Below are positions 1 to 11,129 of a stretch of DNA of 22,159 bases, one piece after another. This stretch comes from Ginkgo biloba (taxonomy: Eukaryota > Plantae > Ginkgophyta). The position numbers and the translations under genes are program-made. The stretch spans positions 160,482,846 through 160,505,004 of the forward strand of contig JANKJI020000002.1 in the NCBI GenBank assembly GCA_024626585.2, written 5' to 3'. How positions within the stretch are numbered: the first letter of the stretch is position 1; every line of letters starts with the position of its first letter. The notes beneath the pieces were generated by a model. It made no database searches and was not told where the DNA came from. It saw only the letters and a list, made by a program, of their open reading frames with translations.

Positions 1-1023
1 TAATAAATCACACATCTAAATATGAACTCTTCTGTCTCTACTTTTAGAGAACAACCTCTTCAAGCACACTAGTCTCTAGGAATATAGTTATCAATGCTAA
101 CTCTAAGCTGGTGTCAGTAGACTTGAAGTTATTCCAAGAGAAATCTCAATCTATGTGACCAATGCCACTAAAGATAGTCTAGGAGAACAATGGTCCCATC
201 TAAAATATGTAGAAAATGCTCAAAATGGAAGTCCAACTTAAGACTAAGTGGTTGGCTGATGAGGAGCAATCCATGCGGTTTATATGTACATTTGGTATAT
301 ATCATCTCGAGCGGCCTTATTAATCTCCTTTCTAGATGGAAGTAGACCAAAAGGAGTGTCTAAAGAAAGCCGATAAGGCAATAAGCATGTAATAGAGATG
401 TTCAAACTACTAAAAGTGACGAGACCTCAATATTCCAACACCTCTGGTGTGTGGATTGATCTAGAGTTGTTAATCTTCGAGATGAACAAAGGGCTAATTA
501 TGGACATCTAGATATCCCAAGAGTCAAGTCAACCATGCAATAAATCCTCTAGAGATAAAGAATGAGTTTGACAGTGGTATTGAGATATATGGGATGTGCA
601 TCGAACTCATTATGAACAAAGCATTAGGGAATTGTGCATTTGCAACGAATAATATTGAAGTATAGTAGTTTGCACTCTGTCAATGCATGCCCACTTTGTA
701 TGCCTCAAGATCAGGACTTAAACCTCTAATCCATAAAGTATTGTAGGTGTAACAATAGCCTCAAAAAGTGGCATCTTCAAAAGGATGTGTTGTAAATGGA
801 GATAGAAACACTGTCTCTCTAGAATTGCAAGTAGTGCATAGCCTTGACTCAAATGCCTATCTCACGCTAAAAGATGAAACTATAAACTACACACCTATTG
901 ACATAAGAAGTGATGGTATCAACAATCTGTCCTCTAAAAGTGAAGTGGAGTCTTGATAAGGCATCTTTAGTCGTATTGAAAGCCATAACCTTAGTTTCAC
1001 CAAAATTGGCTTCTAATTTCTTG
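1..1023 (-). mobile_element. Degenerate non-LTR retrotransposon (LINE, RTE-like) ORF2: RT C-terminus/thumb to C-terminal Cys/His knuckle
   Basis: Manual minus-strand translation across stops and frameshifts gives KKLEANFGETKVMAFNTTKDALSRLHFTFRGQIVDTITSY (cf. LINE RT 'L.VN..KTKVM.F...YLG'), LAILERQCFYLHLQ..KMPLFEAIVTPTILYGLEV* (cf. 'LF...V.P.LLYGSEVW') and HQLRVSIDNYIPRD*CA*RGCSLKVETEEFIFRCVIY (cf. 'H.L..E.GR..IPREER.C..C...VETEEHF.F.C..Y'). Cut by the N gap at 1024-1123. Confidence 0.75.
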
Positions 1024-1879
1024 NNNNNNNNNNNNNNNNNNNNNNNNNNNNNNNNNNNNNNNNNNNNNNNNNNNNNNNNNNNNNNNNNNNNNNNNNNNNN
1101 NNNNNNNNNNNNNNNNNNNNNNNATTATATTTATTTGTCCACCAAAATCAAATATAGCCATCATTGTAGCCTTATTGAATTTAATTCTAATCAAAAAGTG
1201 TTTTTCTCTCTCAAGATTGCCTCTTTTGTCTTATACCATTAGTGTTAGTTAGTTATTGGCTTCTTTAAGAGCTTCAATTTTTATCTCCTTTTCTTGAGTA
1301 TGCATGTTTATAGGTCTCTTTTTTTAGATACAATTTTAGTTTTACTATATAGACTAACTAGAATATTAGGTGTGTACCTTATTAATGTAACATGAAAAAG
1401 GTACATATAGTCTAGAAATGTTTGTAGAATATAAAGTGCCAAGCAATAGAAACTTAATATATACGAGATTTATGGAAATGTTGCTTTCAGACACGATGAA
1501 TCCAAGAAGGGTTGACCTCAGTTAAAAGCTAATAAACTAACAAGCTAACAAAAGGTAAAGGTTCAACAACTACACTTTTGAGATAAATGCTAACTTAGAG
1601 AGAGGTTATCATTCTTTACCAATGCATCATCATCTCTACAAAATCCACTCTCTCTTCATCAATTGCATCCCCTACTAGTTTCTTCCTTTGTTGATGTTGA
1701 AACTTCAAATTAAATTTATGATGAATCTTAGATTTATAATCATTATTGCAATTCGTTGGCTTCTTAGGGGGTTTGCCCCACTATATGTTGCTCTAGTTAG
1801 GGCACACCCTTCTTGTTTGATACATTTGCCTGCTATTTATGCACCAAGAAAAAAATTGTAGAGGTGCAAAGGATCTACA

Positions 1880-1930
1880 TAGGATTGTACGCATAGTCGT
1901 ACAACCCTAATAGTGAGAGCACAAGTGCTC
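1880..1930. repeat. Two adjacent short inverted repeats (hairpins)
   Basis: TAGGATTGTACG-catagt-CGTACAACCCTA (1880-1909, 11/12 paired) and GAGCAC-aa-GTGCTC (1917-1930). Confidence 0.6.
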
Positions 1931-3222
1931 AAACAAGTGCAGCCAAAAAAAAGAGCACAAAATAGCCCCATCAAACCTTCTTCAATAGCATTTTTAGGTC
2001 CAACTAGGGACATTGCACACTAGCAATGTTTTTTCATGTTTTTAATTTGTGTTCATCGAAAAACATATTCATTCAATAGATTTTTTTTTTGGTTGTTGCA
2101 ACATGAATCTAGTGCAGAATTATAGAGGTCTTATTCTCCGATTGCTTGATATGCATGCATGCTAGTGATAGTTAGGGCTTGGTTGAAATAGGATTTATAT
2201 TTTGTCATTAGGCAAATTACTGGCCAGTGTTAAGATTGAATTCGGATGTCTTAAAACCCAAATCTAACAATGTTATTTGATGCTCACAAACATTATTTGC
2301 ATACTTGATGGACCTCATAGTATAGAAAAATATATCTACTATGGCCAAAAAACCTAATATTTATGCTTGCATGAAATCCACCCATTGTGTGATCTCATGG
2401 TTTTCCCTGTTCTAAGTTTTGAAGTGTACATGACAAACAACGAACTGCACATGATGTGTGGCCTTGCATTAATAACTAGGGGAAAAGGCAACATGTTGAG
2501 TGATCTAGAGGTCATTCATGGAGAAAGATGAACAACATTGGTGGTTTGGTGAATGTAGGGGCAATAACTTCAACCATCTATTGAAGCAAAACATCTCATG
2601 TCTAAAAACCATGGCACTCTTGTGTGTCCTCATTGTAGGGTCTTACTCCTACCCAAAAGATTCTTACATGGGGTGGAGTTTGGTGTAAAATAGAATCTGG
2701 TGCCCAACATGCGACTCCAAGATCTGGTTGGCCTAATTGCAAGGTTTTAGTTGGCAAGCCTTCATATAATCCCATTCAAGCTCCCAAGGCCTAACAATGA
2801 TAGAGATTGCATTTTCCATGCCAATAGTGCCAATGAACCTAAACCTAAGACCATTGCATAGGAACTAACCTCAATACATTTGTTATAGGAGTTGACCTTT
2901 GTGGTTGAGTGCATATTAAAACTTGTGGTTTGTTACAATAATTGGCTAATGAACTTCTTGATGTTTTACAATGGACACAACCAATATAAAAGGAGTTTGC
3001 TCCTCCCCTAATAGTGAATTTAGAGTTATATCCAATAGAACATTCAAACTAGTTTGGAATCTAGGCATATAACAATTGTTAAAAGCACAAATTGACGCCT
3101 CTTCAAGTCTAAGGGAGCTTACTATCTAGTAATATACTGAAGCGGTTGCATGGATGCATTCAATAACCAAAAGAACCACTATTGAGAAACTAGCAAAATT
3201 GAATGAAGCTTAAACAATCGCC

Positions 3223-3672
3223 GAAAGTTGAACGGTCATTGGGAGATAAAGAGTTAACGAAAGTTGAACCGTCATTGGAAGATGAACGATCACTGGGAGA
3301 TGAATGGTCACTAAAAATTGAATGGCCATTAAAAGCTAGAAGACCATTGAAAGTTGAACAGTAAGTTGGACTCTAATTAGAAGTCACTGAGAGATGAATG
3401 GTCACCAAAAATTGAAAGGGCATTGGAAGTTAAACGATCACCAAAAGTTGCATAGTCATTAGAAGATGGACACATGTCAAAGATAAACATCCATTAGAAG
3501 TTGGAAGGCCACTAGTAGTTGAATGCTTATCTGAAGTTGAAAGACCATCGAAAGAAGAACAAACACAAGAAATTAAATAGTCACCAAAACCAAAAGGTGA
3601 ATAGTCATTGGAAGTTGAGAAGCCACTGAAAGTTGGACAATCATCGAAAGATGAATGGTCATTGGTAGGTGA
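3223..3672 (+). repeat. Degenerate 18-bp minisatellite, about 25 copies, consensus ~GAAAGTTGAACGGTCATT
   Basis: Successive units include gaaagttgaacggtcatt, gggagataaagagttaac, gaaagttgaaccgtcatt, ggaagatgaacgatcact, gggagatgaatggtcact, aaaaattgaatggccatt and aaaagctagaagaccatt. The array runs into the N gap at 3673. Confidence 0.85.
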
Positions 3673-3772
3673 NNNNNNNNNNNNNNNNNNNNNNNNNNNN
3701 NNNNNNNNNNNNNNNNNNNNNNNNNNNNNNNNNNNNNNNNNNNNNNNNNNNNNNNNNNNNNNNNNNNNNNNN

Positions 3773-3809
3773 TTGTGTATTCTTGTGTAAAATTCTGAAA
3801 AGGCTCCCA
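3773..3809 (-). CDS. Raf-like kinase exon (subdomain V), truncated by assembly gap: (R)[12 protein letters not shown]...
   Basis: Acceptor cttgtactgcctgccag|T GGG AGC CTT TTC completes the CG|T Arg codon from the previous exon. The exon runs into the 100-N gap at 3673-3772. Confidence 0.9.
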
Positions 3810-6800
3810 CTGGCAGGCAGTACAAGATGGTGTATCAGTCTCATGTTCGGATAACAAAGTGGCATGGATGTCCATTCAACCAAAACTCTTTCATTCAACT
3901 TAAATTAGAGAACCGGTCTTTTGAACTAGAAAACTTGCATTGATAAATAAAAACATTCTTTTACAAAACCAGCTCACATTCCCTACACTATGTCATTCTT
4001 CTTTGAAAATAATCATTATGATATACATTGGTCCATCATGTTTTTTGTATAAAACCATCCTGGATACCTCTTTAGCTTACATTTAACCCTCCAATTACCT
4101 TATCTGCAAATAAATTTCAGCATATGTAGTATAATCTTCTTGACTGTATAAAGTCTATTATACTTTGCCAACTCACAACAGAACTAAGAGAGCGACTGCT
4201 ACTCTTGGGGGCCATATGTGGGTTCTTTGTTTTCTTCTTCAACTTTGACTAGTTTGATAACATGTTGGCATCCATTCTCCACTGTATAAATCCATGATGG
4301 TTTGATCGACCCCCCATGCACCTGGAGTATGNNNNNNNNNNNNNNNNNNNNNNNNNNNNNNNNNNNNNNNNNNATTCTATCCATCGAAAATATTCTTCTT
4401 TTTTCATCTGTAATCTCAATACTGCATTAAATCATGGCATATGCAAGTGTAGATATTTGAAGTCATAAGTAGCCCTTAGTTTCCTGATCAAATAGAAGTT
4501 CCTGACTAGACATGGCTTAATGTGATTGATTGTGCTTATTCTGATATGAGGTTTTCGATAGCAACCTCAGATGAGTCATGACTTTTCAGACTTTCAACAC
4601 GCCATGCACCTTTATATTCTGCTGGTTTGAAAATATACAACTCATAGTTATTCGCATGTGCTAATATGTTTTAGAGTTCACTACAGAACATAAAGTCTAG
4701 ACACTACAGAACAGAGACATTGGAAGGATTCCAAAACTCTGCCATTAGATGAGACTGAGAGAAAAGAACTAGAAGAAAAAGAAAATTCTGCCATTAAGAG
4801 TTGACTTTGGATTACAATATGTTCCATGTCTTAAATGTTCCTTCCACCCAAGAATCTCTACGGCCCTTTTGACTTCCAAACAACAACATTGGCAACCACC
4901 TAGATATGAAGCCTAGAGCTCCTGGGATAAGTTCTACTAGAGTGTCTGGTATAAGTTCTATTAATTCTTCTGCATGTTCTTGGTTCGATTCCTCACAACT
5001 TAAGAAAGAAAAAGTATTTGATGCAAACAAACACCTTAAGAGACAGATGCAGTCTTTGAACCTAAGATTACTCACCACTACTAGACATTAAAGAGATCAT
5101 ACTGTCTAAGCAGTAGCACTAATCTCTCATCAGGCTCAATATTTAAATTACCACTGTCTGGAGTATCCCTGTCCATCAATACTTTATTCATTTTCTTTAT
5201 AAATGCTTTCTCAAACATACCAGTGATCACATGACTGAAAACCTATACAGGAAGATGCACTGCTAGAATGAACTGTTTTATTATTATAAAAATTACATTC
5301 CTACGCCTGACACTTAGTCCTCAATATGGTATTGTGCAATATGAGACCTGGGTCCAAGAGCACTGCTGCAAGACCCAACAGTATAGGGCACGGGAAGGAA
5401 GAGCACTGTAAAATACCTTTTTGGACCATGGTATATCCCCTTTAACTCCACCCAATTCAATCCACACATGATCCTATCTATGACTTGATTGTTGCAGCAG
5501 TGTGCGAAAAGAAAAACTTCACTCTATTGAACACACCAGAATGAGTACTCATTATTCACCTTTTCCTCAAATTGTAAATCTGATATCACAAGTATTCCTA
5601 AATCCTATAAATTGGTTCTCCTTTATTCATGTCAATTTGCGCCCTAATCTGATGCCATCAGGTATTATGTTTGGCTAATCTGGCCTCCACCTCAACTGGG
5701 TTTTCATGCCTCTCTACCTTTTGCCTACTTGTTTGGATAAGCTATAATAGCCTTGAATCTATCATTTACCATAGGTTTAAAGTCATCCATAAGTAGGTAT
5801 TGTACCAATATTGAATGTATGTCCTAACTCAGATCACTGTTAAAAATAATTTTCAAATCTATTTATTGNNNNNNNNNNNNNNNNNNNNNNNNNNNNNNNN
5901 NNNNNNNNNNNNNNNNNNNNNNNNNNNNNNNNNNNNNNNNNNNNNNNNNNNNNNNNNNNNNNNNNNNNTATTGGTGCTCTTATATTCTCTTTGTACTTCA
6001 TCATTGTCTTCCAATCAGAGTAAATTCTGACATTTACCTTGTCCCTTGATTCTGAACCTTTGGCGTATAACAATTTAGAATATGATTATGGTTGATAAGT
6101 TTGAAGTCTAATAGGACTGCATTTATGTTCCTGCACCTCTTTCTACTTGACCTTCTCCCTCGTAATGGAATTTTTTCTATTGAATCCCAGTAATTGAACT
6201 TATTCCATAAAAAGGAGGTGATAGCATCTTTGTAACTGTATTTGAATGAGAAATCAATGATTTTAATGCTATACATTAGCAAATTCTGCTATTTTCTCTT
6301 TTCAACGTTTTCCTCCCTATCCCAGATTTTTAATTGAGTTTTTTATTGCAAAATTTGGGGATTTCAACTTTTTTCCTGCCGTGGAGAACCTCTCATCCCT
6401 GACACTGAATCTATATAAAGTTCTGCAGTCCCTTGAGTGATCAGGTCCTTACATTGGTTTCCTGTTACCTTCCAAATTAAATACCCCTACTAACTCCATG
6501 CCATGGGTTTCCTGATTAATATACCATCAATCTTGGTTTCCTGATGTGTGTTGTTCCTAATACAAGTCTTGTGCCTGTATATGTTTCCTATTCCAATGCC
6601 CTCAATTGTGTAATTTCAGAGTTCTGGTCTTTTTCTATTATCCCACTGTTCTCAGCTGCCTCATGAATGCTTGATAGTGAAATTAAATAACTGTTACTTG
6701 AATATCTATCACAGTAAAGTGACGCAACAGTTGCCTTCATCTAGATTCTAAAGTAAACTGAAACATTTATCTCTTTCCTGGGTGTTTCAAGTTTCATTGA

Positions 6801-8138
6801 TCTCTGTTGTTTGTAAAATCTATAGACAAAAGAAAGTTTGGCAACTGCTGTCTGCTGATCAATTGTGATTCATTCCAGAATGCTTTGGTTGCTGCTGAAT
6901 TCCTTTACTTCCCATAACCCATGGGTTTAGTGTCTTCAAGCGACTGTTTCTATTCTGGAATGGTAATGTCTATTTGTAAAACATTTTCCCATTTCTGTTC
7001 TTCCATACTGAACAAAAGGTATATATTAGAAGAAATGGCTATAACACCTTCAGAACTTTGCTGCTCTACCACTTATTTCGTACATATTTCACCATTCCTT
7101 TTAAGTACATAACCTGCTACCACAATCTTTAGATTCTAGACTATTTTCTAATCCAAATATGCTGAAGTTCCACTTCCTGGCAGAGCTGAAAAGCATGCTC
7201 CAATGTGTCCTCTCATCTAGCACTGTTTAGACATTGCAATGTGACATAGGACTTGTCACAGCACACTCTATACATGCTAATGGGCTTCTCCTCTAGCAGA
7301 AACCTGATTTAGAAAATCCAATATACCATTTCCCTTCATTCTATAGTTCAAATACCACTAAAACCTAGCCATTCAAATATTATAAAAGAAGGAAGCATGT
7401 GCATAAAGTTAGTAAATATCTACCGTGGTAAGAACTCTGTCACTATAGCGAGATGTTCAGGTGCATATACAGCTCCCATGAACAACAGAACATTTGGGTG
7501 TCTCAGTCTCTTCATTATAGCAACCTAAAACAATTATAGAGACAAAATCTGTCAGAGAAAGAAAGAAAGCCAGAAATAGTACTAATGTCCGCTGNNNNNN
7601 NNNNNNNNNNNNNNNNNNNNNNNNNNNNNNNNNNNNNNNNNNNNNNNNNNNNNNNNNNNNNNNNNNNNNNNNNNNNNNNNNNNNNNNNNNNNNNNNNNNN
7701 NNNNNNNNNNNNNNNNNNNNNNNNNNNNNNNNNNNNNNNNNNNNNNNNNNNNNNNNNNNNNNNNNNNNNNNNNNNNNNNNNNNNNNNNNNNNNNNNNNNN
7801 NNNNNNNNNNNNNNNNNNNNNNNNNNNNNNNNNNNNNNNNNNNNNNNNNNNNNNNNNNATGTTTCAATATATTTGAAAAACGGGTAATCTTCCTACAAAC
7901 CTCCTTTTTATAACCCTGCAGAAGCTCATTGGAGTATTCCTGTCCAGTGAAGACTTTGACTGCAACATCCTGATAAACAACAAGCACAGTATTACACTTT
8001 CTTTTACATCAGCATGAACCCTAAGATGTGGATACTATCATAATAAATCATCATAAAAGCACAAGGCAAATGATATGTAAGGATTCAAATTACATACCGA
8101 GCCATACCATAGGGCACGATAGACAACACCACACGAGC
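3773..8138 (-). CDS. Group B2 Raf-like MAPKKK (CTR1/EDR1 family, PAS-type RAF7-12 subgroup), partial gene: four exons covering kinase subdomains I-V
   Basis: Exons 8098-8138, 7901-7969, 7424-7524 and 3773-3809 splice in frame with compatible phases (0, 0, 2) and no stops. Motifs: end of the Gly loop (GSCGVVY), VAVK, E of helix C ([22 protein letters not shown]) and hinge ([12 protein letters not shown]). This matches the B-group Raf kinase signature, and the intron positions are those I recall for this family. Confidence 0.93.
7424..7524 (-). CDS. Raf-like kinase exon (subdomains III-V): [34 protein letters not shown]
   Basis: Acceptor ataattgttttag|GTT and donor CCA CG|gtagat. Length 101 nt, phase 0 to 2. 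Confidence 0.95.
7901..7969 (-). CDS. Raf-like kinase exon (subdomains II-III): [23 protein letters not shown]
   Basis: Acceptor cttgttgtttatcag|GAT and donor GAG|gtttgt. Length 69 nt, phase 0-0. Contains the catalytic Lys (VAVK). Confidence 0.95.
8098..8138 (-). CDS. Raf-like kinase exon (subdomain I): (G)[13 protein letters not shown]
   Basis: Acceptor taatctttgcag|GC and donor TCG|gtatgt. Length 41 nt, phase 1 to 0. Confidence 0.92.
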
Positions 8139-8346
8139 CTGCAAAGATTATGAAAGCAACAAAGAGAAAATCTAATCTTAAATAACAGACAATTTAATAA
8201 AACAATAAGAAAAGAGGAACTACAGCAAACTTGACTACCCAAGGAGGATGAGGCCCAGGTTAACCTTTGCCCAGTACACCCACCTTCTAGCACTAGAGCC
8301 CATGCCCTGGGACATGTAATCATGTTCAAACAAATGATTTGTTGCA

Positions 8347-8486
8347 TTAAAGCTGCACTACATGTTTAAACACAATGGCCAAAACTCAGAAACTCAAAGT
8401 TCTGACATGTAAACAATCATATAACAATACACGTTCACCTTTGGGATTTGTTTAAAGCTGCTCTACATGTTCAAAAACAATGGCCA
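8347..8486 (+). repeat. 35-bp intronic direct repeat, 2 copies
   Basis: ttaaagctgcactacatgtttaaacacaatggcca (8347-8381) versus ttaaagctgctctacatgttcaaaaacaatggcca (8452-8486), 3 mismatches. Confidence 0.85.
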
Positions 8487-9409
8487 CTCAAGCCCAACTT
8501 TGAAAGCAATAGAGAATAAACATCACAAGCAGGCTCAAAAAGCTCTTAATCGCTAAAGCATGATCCACCCAATGTAAGAATCTACTGAGCTCTTTTCATG
8601 TTTCAATGAATAATGCAGAATTCTCAACACAGAAAGAAATGCAAAGAAACTACAAACTTGACATCATGGTACCACTAGCAATAGCTGCAATTTAAACTAA
8701 AAGATACTAGAAATGACAAAAAATAAACAAACAAAACAATATTATCTGCTTCAGCAACAACAATCCTCAAGATATTCAACTTAGGCTTTTCAGCTATCAA
8801 GCCATGTTTAGACTATATATGTAGAAACAACGGTAGAAGGTATCAAAGGTCTAACCAGGTGGATCAAAAGTCATTGTCTATGCAACAACTTCTACTTATT
8901 CAATAATATAAAAAGTGTATTGGGCTTGATCTTAGAATTAAATGAAGCTACAATAGAAAGAAAACAATCAACCATGGTAGCAAAATTTTGTGCTGAGATT
9001 GGGGCAAGGTCCCCACTCTCAATTTGGACATCTCCCCCAAGAGGGTTGAAGGATGGCTGAGAGGGAAATGGTTGGATGAGCCTGGCCCAGATGGTGTAGT
9101 CCCTCCTGTCTGATATTGTTTTTCTTGCTGTCTAGTGTTCGACCACAAAACCACATGTTGATATTGTTATCTTATTGTAAACTTGTGTACAATTTTTAGT
9201 GTTTTTGGATATGATTATGAACCATGATTGGCCTCNNNNNNNNNNNNNNNNNNNNNNNNNNNNNNNNNNNNNNNNNNNNNNNNNNNNNNNNNNNNNTATT
9301 TTGTTTAAATCGTATGTAATTGGATTTTACAAAAAAGAAAAGATCTGTGTTGAAATGAGGTCAACAAATGATCTAAAAAAATACATCATCTAAATATAGG
9401 GGTGAGTAG

Positions 9410-9780
9410 AACACAAACAAAAAACTGGACTAGGAAAAGGTTTTGTTTCATTATTGGTCATACAAGATTCAACTGCCCAAAACTAAAAATCAATGGAAAT
9501 TTACATGGCAATTGAACAATCTAGTCTAGAAGANNNNNNNNNNNNNNNNNAAAGGGAAGGAATGAGTTCCAAATATGGTCCAAGAGAATGGAAAAGGCCC
9601 AATGGGTCCAAAGTAGGCAAAAAACCTCATAGAAGGAGGAAATCCAATACTTAGAAAAGGCCTCAAGAAAAGATGTGGAGAGAAAATTTTCGAGGAGGAT
9701 ACATCAGAGAAAACCAACAAAGAGGAAAGAACAAAGCCCACTAAAAGCTCGCACTATAAAATCAATCAGTTAGGAAATGG
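9410..9780 (+). mobile_element. Possible L1-type LINE ORF1 remnant (degenerate zinc knuckle plus basic/acidic low-complexity tail)
   Basis: The + strand reads RKRFCFIIGHTRFNCPK (C-x3-GH-x4-CP at 9444-9479; the first Cys of the CCHC motif is missing). A purine-rich K/E/R-coding stretch follows. Confidence 0.35.
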
Positions 9781-9891
9781 TNNNNNNNNNNNNNNNNNNN
9801 NGAAAGAAATTTAAGAGAATTGGTTTTCCTTGGGGAACATTCCAAACTCAAGAACAGGTTGTGACTACCTCTTCCAATCATTTGCAGTAAA

Positions 9892-9999
9892 ACAAGGTAT
9901 TGAAACTGATCCTAAAATGTGAAAACGTATCCTAAAATTTTGAAAAGTATTGTATCCTGTACCTGTGGCCGTCCCCGCTCCAGTCTCCTAGTAACTTAG
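9892..9999. mobile_element. Possible hAT/MITE-like terminus with subterminal hexamer repeats
   Basis: Locally GC-rich run gtatcc-tgtacc-tgtggc-cgtccc-cgctcc-agtctc ending GTAACTTAG, with the duplicated motif atcctaaaat..tgaaaa upstream. No partner TIR or TSD found. Confidence 0.3.
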
Positions 10000-10928
10000 C
10001 ATTAAGGGCAAGATTTTCCTTAGTAGGGCAAGTTCAATGCCCTATAACGCAGCTGAAATGTAATCCTTAATTGGATGAGTTGCTTCCTCTTCTACTGTTA
10101 TTGCCTAGTTGTAGAAATCAGCTTAGCCGAAGGATGACCAAACTCCTATTACTGTCCTTTTTAGAATATCTATGCATTCTACATATCTCAGCTTGCTTCT
10201 AATTTAGCCGTTAAACGAAGGAGAAACATAGGAACCCCCAACAAACCTGTTTTTGTCCTTTTTTTAACCAAATTCTGCCAAATACATTCTATGGAAGCCA
10301 TTGTATGATGTATCCTCATAGTGTATACCATAGTTGAACAAGTTTCGCAAAACGCCAAATTTTAGTTTGTAAAAATTGGTGCAAAATGCATTTCAGAGAA
10401 AATCTAGAAACATGAAACAAAATGTTGCTTTTACATACATTATTTTATATAACAAATTTTCTAAAATCCTANNNNNNNNNNNNNNNNNNNNNNNNNNNNN
10501 NNNNNNNNNNNNNNNNNNNNNNNNNNNNNNNNNNNNNNNNNNNNNNNNNNNNNNNNNNNNNNNNNNNNNNNNNNNNNNNNNNNNNNNNNNNNNNNNNNNN
10601 NNNNNNNNNNNNNNNNNNNNNNNNNNNNNNNNNNNNNNNNNNNNNNNNNNNNNNNNNNNNNNNNNNNNNNNNNNNNNNNNNNNNNNNNNNNNNNNNNNNN
10701 NNNNNNNNNNNATGGCCTTTGAGGCAAACTTGAGAATTTCTAAAAATGTTCTTCATCTGCTTCCCATTCATAGTGCCTCCAAAACTTATTGTAAGCCATA
10801 CATGTTGTAAGACTACAATAACTCTGGGTCTTTATTTGCTAGCCCAAGATCTTACATAAAGATGCCATGTGTTGCCACCATGTAGACCTATTAATTTGTG
10901 AACCATTTTATCTTTCCACCCCTTTTAT

Positions 10929-11124
10929 GCCTTTTAAGGCTAAGTAATGTTGACGTAAATAAGGCAGCACTCTTAAGCCAACATAGATCTGCTTTAGGCT
11001 GGCATAAGCCTTCTAAGGCTAAGATAATCATGTTAGGGATGGTGTAAACCTTCTAGGGCTAACATTAGCATTTTATGACTGACAAAAGCTTCCTAGTGCT
11101 AATAAAAGCCTCCTTCTTAAGCCC
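10929..11124 (+). repeat. Degenerate ~20-bp tandem repeat, about 9 copies, with internal palindrome AGCCTT-NN-AAGGCT
   Basis: Units include gccttctaaggctaagataa, accttctagggctaacatta, gcattttatgactgacaaaa, gcttcctagtgctaataaaa and gccttttaaggctaagtaat. The best palindrome is at 11007-11020. Confidence 0.6.
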
Positions 11125-11129
11125 TTGTT

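Noticed and set aside
4199-4322. [20 protein letters not shown]... preceded by cag, a possible alternative exon
   Set aside because: No similarity to kinase or any family I recognise. In the phase-2 kinase frame it stops after about 24 codons, and its upstream context is a gap.
4913-4961. 24-bp two-copy tandem duplication ([19 protein letters not shown])
   Set aside because: A small local duplication; the ORF lacks any family motif.
6037-6060. GGA CAA G|gtaaat, a GQG-like exon end
   Set aside because: It lies downstream of subdomain I-V exons (wrong order), and the upstream residues do not match WEDL..GE.IG.
5330-6290. Coding-like minus-strand fragments ([20 protein letters not shown]), perhaps L1 ORF2
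   Set aside because: Only a weak FLW..W motif; too degenerate to call.
8265-8320. Possible upstream kinase exon (WALVLEGGCTGQ or VGVLGKG|gt)
   Set aside because: The W..LVL..GQ frame gives the wrong intron phase, the phase-correct frame has two TAG stops just upstream, and the donor (gttaac) is weak. Chance resemblance.
8990-9235. Purine/G-rich segment ending ...WLRGKWLDEPGPDGVVPPV* then a T-rich tail, possibly a LINE 3' end
   Set aside because: No diagnostic motif, and no poly(A) or TSD is visible before the gap.
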